Source: Thermoplasmata archaeon (GTDB lineage Archaea; Thermoplasmatota; Thermoplasmata; GCA-020350865). From it: DNA of 14,271 nucleotides. Below the pieces are notes generated by a model. It did not search any database, was not told the DNA's origin, and saw only the letters and a program-made list of their open reading frames with translations. Where the stretch lies: the NCBI GenBank assembly GCA_020348445.1, contig CP070751.1, forward strand, positions 1,285,666-1,299,936. Direction: 5' to 3'. The translations under genes and the position numbers were made by a program. This document shows, one piece after another, positions 6,650 to 14,271 of the stretch; the first letter of the stretch is position 1; every line of letters starts with the position of its first letter.

Positions 6650-7276
6650 GTGCCGAATTTGGACATAGCCGGGCTTCTTGGATTCTATGCGCTTGTAGCC
6701 TTCATATCCCTGTCTGGTGTAATGATGCCAGGTCCTGTGTTTGCCGCAACAGTGGCCAAGGGATACAAGGACAAGAATGCTGGTGTGCAAATCGCCTTGG
6801 GACACGGTGTGGTGGAGTTTCCCTTAATAGGTGCAATAGGCCTGGGTTTGGGTTCCTTTTTCGAAAACAGGGGTGTGATGATAGCAATTGGATTGGTGGG
6901 GGGAGCAGTTTTAGTTTATATTGGTTACAATATGATAATGATGAGAAAGGTAGTTGACGAGACTGAAGAGTACCTTCCCTATCATCCAATTATTGTCGGT
7001 ATTTTAACATCTGTATCCAATCCGTATTTCTTCTTGTGGTGGGCTACCGTGGGTTTGGTTTTGATTGCATTGGCTCTGGGCTTTGGTGTTCTTGCTCTGA
7101 TTTTATTTGCTGTAATACACTGGGTATGTGATCTTCTCTGGGACTATTTTGTGTCCTTCACCGTTTTCAAGTCCAAGAGATTGTGGTCTGAAAAGGGACA
7201 TAATGTTGTGTTCGGGATCTGCGGTGCTATCATGGTCATATTCGGGGTCTGGTTCATAGTATCGCCTGTTTTGTGA
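6650..7276 (+). CDS. LysE/RhtB-family translocator (amino-acid/small-molecule exporter)
   Basis: 208 aa with ~6 hydrophobic segments. Family motifs: SLSGVMMPGP, GHGVVE, GGAVLVYIG and SNPYFFLWW. The start is GTG6650, or TTG6659 with AGGTG as RBS. Confidence 0.88.
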   Translation: MPNLDIAGLLGFYALVAFISLSGVMMPGPVFAATVAKGYKDKNAGVQIALGHGVVEFPLIGAIGLGLGSFFENRGVMIAIGLVGGAVLVYIGYNMIMMRKVVDETEEYLPYHPIIVGILTSVSNPYFFLWWATVGLVLIALALGFGVLALILFAVIHWVCDLLWDYFVSFTVFKSKRLWSEKGHNVVFGICGAIMVIFGVWFIVSPVL

Positions 7277-7367
7277 GATATATTTAATTTGCTATGATTT
7301 TGAGTACGTTAGGAAAATCATTGAGGAATAGTACAATCCATATAATTATCACATTCAAAAATTGTTC

Positions 7368-7440
7368 TAAAACTTTTATAATTGTACATATTCCTATTTA
7401 CATCTTCTAAGCGGGGATATAAACTTCCAATTCAAGGAGG
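7368..7440 (+). promoter_or_regulatory. Putative BRE/TATA (AAAAC-TTTTATAA, TATA at 7374-7381) and strong RBS (AAGGAGG, 7434-7440) for the giant surface protein
   Basis: The ORF-track TTG7382 abuts the TATA box, so it is not the likely start. The SD lies 7 nt before ATG7448. Confidence 0.55.
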
Positions 7441-7447
7441 CCAAATC

Positions 7448-10400
7448 ATGAAAAAAACAGGCTTTTCTGCCAAACAGGGTGTTTTGAAGGAGAACTTGCT
7501 GATGAAAAGGACCATAAGCATTGTGCTCATAACTTCGATTATAATGGCAGTTGCTTTTGTTGTAATTCCCTATAAGACTGGACACGAAAACGCAGGTACA
7601 TTGGATGAGGATATAATAACAAGCCCTGAAAATGCGTTACATCATGGAAGTTCTTGGGACATCATGATCAACGAGGTGAAGTTCGATGGTCCAGGAGAAA
7701 ATTGGGCTGAAATATACAACCTAGAATTTGGAGCTGGTTTACCCATAAATATCTCAGAATGGTACTTCGGTGACCTGGACGGGGCGCCTGTTGTTCCTTT
7801 TGTTCCTGGTGAGGGTTTTACATTGGATCCTGGGGATCTCGTGGTAATTCACTTCAGTAATGGTGTAAATGAAACGGACACCACAGGGGATACAAATGGA
7901 AATGGTTACCTTGATTTGTATGTCGGTAACATCATAACGTTCGAGCCTGATGACCAGCTAATTTTGTACGAGGCCTCAGGTGGTATGTACGATGCGGTAT
8001 GTTGGGCTGATCAAGATGGAATGGCAGATGATCCAGTTGTTGGTGAGGTGCCTTGGCTTGGCTCTGATGTGAAGTCAGATGTGGAATTGATCTACAATAC
8101 CTTGGATGTTCCTGGTGGGGAGGCCAGCTGGTGGATTGTGGCCATTCCAAACGCGGCCGAGAATGACTGTGTATTTGTGGGCCCAAATCCAGGTTTTGGT
8201 AACCATTTACCAGGCGATACCATAGGCAGAGCCGATGATTTCATGTTTTTCATATTTGACCAGAACAGAAAGGATGAGTGGATGAACGATCCCTTCTTTG
8301 GAACAGACACCATAGATGGAGGTATGCAAGCCGGAATGGCTACCCAAGGCGAGATAAATATAGTGTATGTGCTTATTAACGAGGTTAAATTCGATGGCTC
8401 AGGAGAGCTTTGGGCCGAGATCTACAATGCAGGACAAGCTCCATTTGGCCCAACTCCTATCGGTGCAAGCGTGGATATAAGCACATGGAACCTGACAGAT
8501 TTAGATGAGGATACTGATAATGGAGGTAGCCCCTATCCTGAGTTTGCATCAAGCTCTGTAATACTTGGTCTTGATGAATTTGCAGTGGTCCATTTTTCAG
8601 TTGGTGTTGATGAAACTGGTGATGATTTGGAAACAGGAGATGCCAATGGAAACGGATATTGGGACCTCTATACTGGCATGAATTATAATTTCCAGGATGA
8701 TGATCAACTGGTTTTGGTACTTGAAAATGGTAATATCAAAGATTCAGTTTGCTGGTCTAACCTCTCGATGCGATGTTCTGATTTAGAAGAGGTTTGGACC
8801 TGGGACGATGATTTATCGATTTATTTGGATATTTCCTTACCTCTTACTCTTGACGATTTATTTGGAATAAGTATGCTTCCTCCGCTACCTGCAATAGACG
8901 ATGCCTGTGTTTTCGGTCGACCTGCTCAATTCGATGGGATCCTAGTGGATATGAACATTCTAGGTACCGCTGATGGATCAATTACCTGGGAATATTGGAA
9001 TGGGGTTGCATGGTTGCCACTAGCAGTAACTGACAACACAAACGAATTCAGTATCAATTGGCAAACAATATCATGGACACCACCTGGAGATTGGACTGCA
9101 GGCTCAGGGGGCTCCTTACCACCAAGTGCCTCGAACTTTTATTATGTCCGTGCAAGGTTCACGATAATCCCAACAACAGTTGCCGATCTGGATTATATAA
9201 ATTTCTGGGTAGGAACCGATGGATATAGGGATACTGTTTACCTTTTTCAGAACAATCAATGGATACCATTTTTCTTTGGAGGAGATTTAGATCAAACAGA
9301 TTGCGTTTGGACCACAGGTGGGACAATGACAGATGCAGGACATTTTTCTGGACAAACAATTGGCAGACCCTTGTGGGTTTTTATGGAAGGGAATAATAAA
9401 TTTGACTGGATGGACTGGAGTGGTTTCACCCCCCCTGGTGGAATAGATGCATGGATGACGACCAAGGGTGAAAGAAATGTGGTTAATATCGTGATTAACG
9501 AGGTACAGTATGATGGCGCTGGGGAGTATTGGGTGGAGTTGTATTATCTTCCCTCGGTTCCAGGGCCATTTGAACCTCCCATCATTGACATATCATCTTG
9601 GTCTTTAACAGATTTGGACGAGACACCTGACAATGGAGGGTCACCATATCCGCAGTTCGCTTCAGGTAAGGTTAATTTTGGCCCAGATGAATATGTAATA
9701 ATCCATTTCTCAGATGGAACTGACGAAACCGGAGATTCCTTGGGGATTGCAGATACAAATGGGAATGGTTATTGGGATTTGTATGTCGGGGATATTTATA
9801 CATTTCAGGAGGATGATCAATTAGTGATTTCTAAAAATGGCATTATCTGTCGAGATGCGGTGTGCTGGGCAAACCAAAATACATTAGCAGACAGCCCTGG
9901 TGTTCAGGAGCCGTGGGCAGGATCTGATGTGGAAGGCGATATTACATATTTGGCTGTAAGATACCTCTGGGAAGAGGAGGATGACGATTCAATTATTGAA
10001 GAGGAGGACTGCGTTTTTACCAGTGATTCATCAGGTCATTTGCCTGGGGATACCATTGGTAGGGATTCATGGTCCAGTGATTGGAGCAATGACAGGACAA
10101 ATTGGATGTACAACGATATTACGATAGATGGAGGTAGAGATGCCGGGATCACAACCTATGGTTTAAAGAACGCATTTTTCCTTAAGCTCAATGAGGTGAA
10201 ATACGACGATCCAGGTGGTAAGAATTGGGTGGAACTGTACAACAGGGAAACTAACAGTATTGAAATGGAAATATCAAGTTGGACATTGGATAATTTGGAT
10301 TTTGCAGGATCACCACCCCCTCTTTCAGATGGACCCACAACCATTTCTTTAGGAGAATATGTGGTTGTGCATTTTGAGAACGGGATTAACGAAACTGATT

Positions 10401-13400
10401 TTGTGGGTGATTTCAATGGTAATGGGTACACGGACCTTTATGTAGGAGCCTACAGTTTTGACAACGACGATCAGATAATGTTTAGGGACGGTACCACGGT
10501 AATAGATACAGTTTGCTGGTCTGATGATTCTGGTGCATGGGACAGTGATGCATCCGGGAGCGAGGAAGACGATGTTGCTACTATTAGAGACGAGGTTCCT
10601 CACTGGACGGCAGGCGATCCTCCCTTGGAATCAGAATGTGTTGTAACAACCATTGGGAGGGGGCATTCCCTTGGGGACACCATTGGAAGAAGCACAGCAT
10701 CAGGTGATTCCAACCAAAATTCAGATTGGTACGATGGAGCTTTCACCGCAGATGGTGGAAGAAATGCTTGGATAGAGACACCTGGGAGAAGAAACGCCGC
10801 CGATATTGTGATAAACGAGGTTGTATTCGATGATCCAGGTGGAGACAATTGGGCAGAGATCTACAATGACTATTCAGGAACAGAATTTGATATCTCATCT
10901 TGGATGATAACAAGTTTAGACGGTATCTCTATGAATCTAGCAAACGATACCGTAACCATCTCTTATGACGAATATATTGTGGTGCATTTTACAGACGGTA
11001 CAAACGAGACTGACTTTTTAGGAGATCTGAATGGCAATGGCTACACCGACCTTTACCTTGGTGTAGGATCTTTGACATTTGATGACGATGATCAACTGGC
11101 TTTGCAGTACGGACCAAACTACATTGATGCAGTATGTTGGGCTGATGGAGGAGGTTGGGCAAATGATGCCTCAGGCTCAGAGCAGGCCGATGTGGATGCT
11201 CTTGATGACGCGGTAAGGCCCCAATGGGATGCATCTGAGCCTGCACAACAGGGTAACTGTGTATACACAACCAATTCAAGAGGCCATAGATCTGGTGATT
11301 CCATAGGTAGAGACTCGGCTTCCGCAGACACAACAAGCGGAGGCGGAGAGGAGGCAGATTGGGGTGAGATATACAGAGCATTGGCTTACCGCACTGTAGA
11401 TGGAGGAGAAAATGCAGGTTTTGCAACACCGGGATATCGAAACTATGTAAATATTGTGATAAATGAGGTAATGTTCGATGATCCTGGCGGTAATAATTGG
11501 GTTGAGCTTTACAATAAAGGACCCGTTTCAGTGAACATTCAGGAATCCACGTTGGATGATTACGATCCCTTTGAATCAGGAGAGACCTTTGCAACATCCT
11601 CGATTACAATGGATATAGAAGAATATGTGGTGGTTCATTTCAATGATGGTGCAACCCCTGATGAGACAGATGCCACAGGAGATACGAATCTTAACGGCTT
11701 CTGGGACATTTATGTGTCTGCAAATCCCACCTTCACAAATGACGACCAGGTTGTTTTCACATCTAGTGGTAATTATCTATTGGACGCTGTATCATGGTCT
11801 GACGGCAAACCATGGGATCTAAGCGATGGCGGTGATGACGAATGGCAGGATGTCGATGATATCGATGACTATTGGACTCAGTGGGAGGTCTGGAACTCAA
11901 ATGATGAAGCTGATAGATACTGTGTAAATGTATCTGCGGCAAAAGGACACTCGACTGGTGAGACAATAGGACTTAACAAGTTTTCCAGCTCAACAACAAC
12001 TGGACGTTATTATGATTGGATGTTATGGAATATTTCAAGTGGTGAGTATATTACCATACATGGGGGAAGGGATGCAGGCTTAGCTACACAAGGGATGAGA
12101 AATTATGTTACCCTTCTTATCAACGAGATAAATTTCGATGATCCAGGGGGTAACTATTGGGCAGAACTGTACAATCCGGGTTCCATGGGACTTGACATCA
12201 ACGGCTGGACATTGGATGATCTTGATTTCAGTTCGCCATTAGAACCCATAGTAAATGTTCCTTATGCAGTTAATCCGGGTGAATACATTGTAGTTCATTT
12301 CAATGACGATACTGCAGATGAAACAGCTGGTGATACCAATGGCAATGGATACAGGGACTTTTACATCTCAACTACAGTTACCTATAGCTTTGAATCTGAT
12401 GATCAATTGGTGATAAACGATAGTCTGAATAACATCAAAGATGCAGTTTGTTGGGCAGACCAGGACGGTACCTACTCAGGAACTGATGCCCAGACAGATG
12501 TTGACTTCATAATAGGAATCAATGAATGGGGATGGAGCGTACCCTCTATGGAAATAAATTGTGTGTATACCAGCGCAGCATATGGGCACCTCCCCGGGTA
12601 CACCGTCGGGAGGGACAAGGAATCACAGGACAATAATCGAAATTATGACTGGATGGTCACTTGGCCTTCCTATTTCACCACTTATGGCGGTAGAGATTCT
12701 GGATTTGACACTGCCGGTTCACAAAACTTCATTGGGATCATGATCAACGAAATTCAATTTGACGGTCCTTTAGGAAATAATTGGGCAGAATTGTACAACA
12801 AGGGACCAAAAACCATTAACATCCAAGATTGGACCTTAACTGATATGGATGGAAGCAATGTGGCCTTTTCAGCAAATCCAATAAGTTTCGCTCCTGGGGA
12901 TTATGCAGTGGTGCACTTCTTTGATGGTACCGATGAGACTGATATAACAGGTGGTAAGGATTCCATCATTTCAAATGGTTATTGGGATTTATATGTTGGT
13001 GCTTATACATTTGAAGAAGACGACCAACTCGTTCTAACAACAGACGGCACGAATTTCAAGGATGCAGTCTGTTGGGCAAATCAAGATGGAACTTATGACG
13101 GTACAGACGCCCAGGATGATGTATCTGAGCTGGCCACAAAAGTTCAATGGAATTCATGGTTCCCATATTTCGAAGGAGATAATATTCGCACGGATGCGCA
13201 ATCGACCCACAATCCCGGGGAAACCATTGGACGCGATATGTCCTTTACAGATTCTAACAATTTCAACGATTGGATGGAATGGGTGGCAGGTCCAGGATGG
13301 ATAACACCGTTCGGTGGAAAGGATGCATGGGCTGAAACCAAGGGTGCAATGAATTTCGGAGCAACAACGAAAATTAGCATCAGCATTATAGGAAACGATA

Positions 13401-14134
13401 TCCGTTTAGATTGGGAGCCATCCCCAGCAGATGGGGTCACAGGTTATAGAGTATACGAAAGCACCACAATCGATGGATTCGATTTCGGATCATACGCAAG
13501 CACAGCTGGTGATACATGGACCTTCCCGAACCATGCAGTTGATGGTTTTGAACATTATTACATAGTAAGAGCCGTAGATTCAAGTGGAAATATTTCAGCC
13601 AACTCCACAATTATAGGTAAGCATATCCGTGCTCTTGAGAGCGGTTGGAACATGATTTCACTTCCCTTTGAACCAGAGAATACTCTTTTACCCAATGTAC
13701 TTCAGACGATATCAGGTAATTACGACGTGGTTTGGGCCTATGATGCAGTTGATGGATCATGGCATTCCTCTAATGACGATTTGACAGATATTGACCACAA
13801 AATCGGGATAATGATACACATGAACACTCCAGATGAACTAGTGAGTGTGGGTAGGGTTGAGATGACAACAACTATCCAGCTTTATGAGGGTTGGAATTTT
13901 GTGGGATATGATTATCACTTCAGTTCAAAAACAATCGAGGACTCCCTCATAGGCTTGCCATATACAGCAGTTCAATGGTACGATGCATCTGATACCCAAG
14001 ACAAATGGAAGCACAACTCCACTTCAAAGGCAGGTGCCTGGGTATTTTACAATGACTTACAAGATATGGAAATGGGTAATGGATATTGGATTTTTACTGG
14101 CAGTGATTGCACTTGGGTGATAAGCAATAAATAA
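7448..14134 (+). CDS. Giant secreted/cell-surface protein (~2,228 aa): N-terminal signal/anchor, 8 extended lamin-tail-domain-like repeats, FN3-like domain, tandem C-terminal 'GWN' domain
   Basis: Uninterrupted 6.7-kb ORF with an N-terminal MKRTISIVLITSIIMAVAFVVIP hydrophobic stretch. Repeats begin I(V/M/L)INE(V/I)xFDxxGxNWxE(I/L)YN, a typical LTD signature, and end GxTIGR...DW...DGG...TxGxxN. These are followed by IRLDWEPS...GYRVY...YYIVRAVDSSGN (FN3-like) and two LxxGWN(M/F)(I/V) units. The protein is very D/E/G/W-rich. Confidence 0.9.
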   Translation: MKKTGFSAKQGVLKENLLMKRTISIVLITSIIMAVAFVVIPYKTGHENAGTLDEDIITSPENALHHGSSWDIMINEVKFDGPGENWAEIYNLEFGAGLPINISEWYFGDLDGAPVVPFVPGEGFTLDPGDLVVIHFSNGVNETDTTGDTNGNGYLDLYVGNIITFEPDDQLILYEASGGMYDAVCWADQDGMADDPVVGEVPWLGSDVKSDVELIYNTLDVPGGEASWWIVAIPNAAENDCVFVGPNPGFGNHLPGDTIGRADDFMFFIFDQNRKDEWMNDPFFGTDTIDGGMQAGMATQGEINIVYVLINEVKFDGSGELWAEIYNAGQAPFGPTPIGASVDISTWNLTDLDEDTDNGGSPYPEFASSSVILGLDEFAVVHFSVGVDETGDDLETGDANGNGYWDLYTGMNYNFQDDDQLVLVLENGNIKDSVCWSNLSMRCSDLEEVWTWDDDLSIYLDISLPLTLDDLFGISMLPPLPAIDDACVFGRPAQFDGILVDMNILGTADGSITWEYWNGVAWLPLAVTDNTNEFSINWQTISWTPPGDWTAGSGGSLPPSASNFYYVRARFTIIPTTVADLDYINFWVGTDGYRDTVYLFQNNQWIPFFFGGDLDQTDCVWTTGGTMTDAGHFSGQTIGRPLWVFMEGNNKFDWMDWSGFTPPGGIDAWMTTKGERNVVNIVINEVQYDGAGEYWVELYYLPSVPGPFEPPIIDISSWSLTDLDETPDNGGSPYPQFASGKVNFGPDEYVIIHFSDGTDETGDSLGIADTNGNGYWDLYVGDIYTFQEDDQLVISKNGIICRDAVCWANQNTLADSPGVQEPWAGSDVEGDITYLAVRYLWEEEDDDSIIEEEDCVFTSDSSGHLPGDTIGRDSWSSDWSNDRTNWMYNDITIDGGRDAGITTYGLKNAFFLKLNEVKYDDPGGKNWVELYNRETNSIEMEISSWTLDNLDFAGSPPPLSDGPTTISLGEYVVVHFENGINETDFVGDFNGNGYTDLYVGAYSFDNDDQIMFRDGTTVIDTVCWSDDSGAWDSDASGSEEDDVATIRDEVPHWTAGDPPLESECVVTTIGRGHSLGDTIGRSTASGDSNQNSDWYDGAFTADGGRNAWIETPGRRNAADIVINEVVFDDPGGDNWAEIYNDYSGTEFDISSWMITSLDGISMNLANDTVTISYDEYIVVHFTDGTNETDFLGDLNGNGYTDLYLGVGSLTFDDDDQLALQYGPNYIDAVCWADGGGWANDASGSEQADVDALDDAVRPQWDASEPAQQGNCVYTTNSRGHRSGDSIGRDSASADTTSGGGEEADWGEIYRALAYRTVDGGENAGFATPGYRNYVNIVINEVMFDDPGGNNWVELYNKGPVSVNIQESTLDDYDPFESGETFATSSITMDIEEYVVVHFNDGATPDETDATGDTNLNGFWDIYVSANPTFTNDDQVVFTSSGNYLLDAVSWSDGKPWDLSDGGDDEWQDVDDIDDYWTQWEVWNSNDEADRYCVNVSAAKGHSTGETIGLNKFSSSTTTGRYYDWMLWNISSGEYITIHGGRDAGLATQGMRNYVTLLINEINFDDPGGNYWAELYNPGSMGLDINGWTLDDLDFSSPLEPIVNVPYAVNPGEYIVVHFNDDTADETAGDTNGNGYRDFYISTTVTYSFESDDQLVINDSLNNIKDAVCWADQDGTYSGTDAQTDVDFIIGINEWGWSVPSMEINCVYTSAAYGHLPGYTVGRDKESQDNNRNYDWMVTWPSYFTTYGGRDSGFDTAGSQNFIGIMINEIQFDGPLGNNWAELYNKGPKTINIQDWTLTDMDGSNVAFSANPISFAPGDYAVVHFFDGTDETDITGGKDSIISNGYWDLYVGAYTFEEDDQLVLTTDGTNFKDAVCWANQDGTYDGTDAQDDVSELATKVQWNSWFPYFEGDNIRTDAQSTHNPGETIGRDMSFTDSNNFNDWMEWVAGPGWITPFGGKDAWAETKGAMNFGATTKISISIIGNDIRLDWEPSPADGVTGYRVYESTTIDGFDFGSYASTAGDTWTFPNHAVDGFEHYYIVRAVDSSGNISANSTIIGKHIRALESGWNMISLPFEPENTLLPNVLQTISGNYDVVWAYDAVDGSWHSSNDDLTDIDHKIGIMIHMNTPDELVSVGRVEMTTTIQLYEGWNFVGYDYHFSSKTIEDSLIGLPYTAVQWYDASDTQDKWKHNSTSKAGAWVFYNDLQDMEMGNGYWIFTGSDCTWVISNK
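7661..13360 (+). repeat. Eight tandem protein-level repeats (LTD-like) starting at 7661, 8369, 9488, 10181, 10805, 11453, 12113 and 12737
   Basis: All starts are in frame with the ORF. Unit lengths are 236, 373 (with insertion), 231, 208, 216, 220, 208 and ~208 aa. Conserved blocks are INE..FD, W.E.YN, VVIHF..G.DETD, GD.NGNGY.DLY, F..DDQL, DAVCW, GH..G.TIGR, DW and GG..AG..T.G..N. Synonymous sites have diverged, so this is not a DNA-identical repeat. Confidence 0.9.
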
Positions 14135-14183
14135 CATATAAAGCAAGTATCGAAAATCCCACTAATCATTCAATTTTCGTTCT

Positions 14184-14271
14184 ATAAACTTTTTATATGC
14201 GTAGTTACAATAAATTATTGTGGCCCATCAAAAGGTAATGACACCTTTAAAGCAACCCTAAGGGGGGAGAA
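14184..14271 (+). promoter_or_regulatory. Putative promoter (AAAC-TTTTTATA, TATA at 14190-14197), palindromic operator (14207-14221) and purine-rich RBS-like tract (14261-14271) for a gene starting just beyond the window
   Basis: It has the same AAAC-TTTT(T)ATA context as the promoter at 7370-7381. The window ends in AGGGGGGAGAA. The downstream gene is not visible. Confidence 0.45.

Noticed and set aside
7331-7387. 7-bp inverted repeat GTACAAT...ATTGTAC flanking the giant gene's promoter
   Set aside because: Short arms 43 bp apart in AT-rich DNA are compatible with chance.
7382-7447. ORF-track N-terminal extension of the giant protein, and likewise 4684-4722 for paaK, 5674-5721 and 6221-6229
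   Set aside because: The extensions overlap TATA-like boxes or RBSs; downstream ATGs with well-spaced SD sequences are more plausible starts.
8762-9214. Possibility that the insertion in repeat 2 is an intein or mobile intron
   Set aside because: There is no Cys/Ser start with a His-Asn end at the boundaries, no LAGLIDADG/HNH motif, and the frame is continuous. It reads like a folded extracellular domain.
10989-11597. 202-aa minus-strand ORF and the other small ORFs within the giant gene
   Set aside because: Antisense to a well-supported repeat protein; the H/L/Q/P-rich composition is typical of shadow frames.
7661-14134. Diversity-generating retroelement or DNA-level repeat/CRISPR explanation for the repeats
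   Set aside because: No near-identical template/variable DNA pair with adenine-specific differences, no reverse transcriptase and no short regularly spaced DNA repeats. The similarity is at the protein level, with diverged synonymous sites.
14222-14260. GGTAATGACACC resembling the 3' part of a fluoride (crcB) or TPP riboswitch
   Set aside because: The 5' GGNGAUGG element of the fluoride aptamer and the CUGAGA core of the TPP aptamer are absent. An Infernal/Rfam search on a longer context would settle it.

Overview
Archaeal chromosomal DNA, probably from an uncultured Thermoplasmata-like lineage. This is inferred from BRE/TATA-type promoters, GGAGGTG-type ribosome-binding sites, poly-Glu protein tails and a giant acidic secreted protein ending in a duplicated LxxGWNxI/V domain. 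The left half is a minus-strand run: FdhD-family sulfurtransferase, phenylacetate-CoA ligase (paaK), a membrane-anchored Asp-box beta-propeller, an isocitrate/isopropylmalate-family dehydrogenase with an NADP-type cofactor signature, and a DUF2889-like protein. The right half is plus-strand: a 3-TM/coiled-coil protein tightly coupled to a stand-alone CBS-pair protein, a LysE-family exporter, and a ~2,230-aa secreted protein. That protein has eight extended lamin-tail-domain (LTD)-like repeats, seven carrying an intact integrin/FG-GAP-like Ca2+ loop and one hosting a nested ~150-aa domain, followed by an FN3-like domain and a tandem C-terminal GWN domain. No rRNA, tRNA, CRISPR array, transposase, integrase or reverse transcriptase was recognised. 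All family calls come from motif recognition by eye; no database searches were run.
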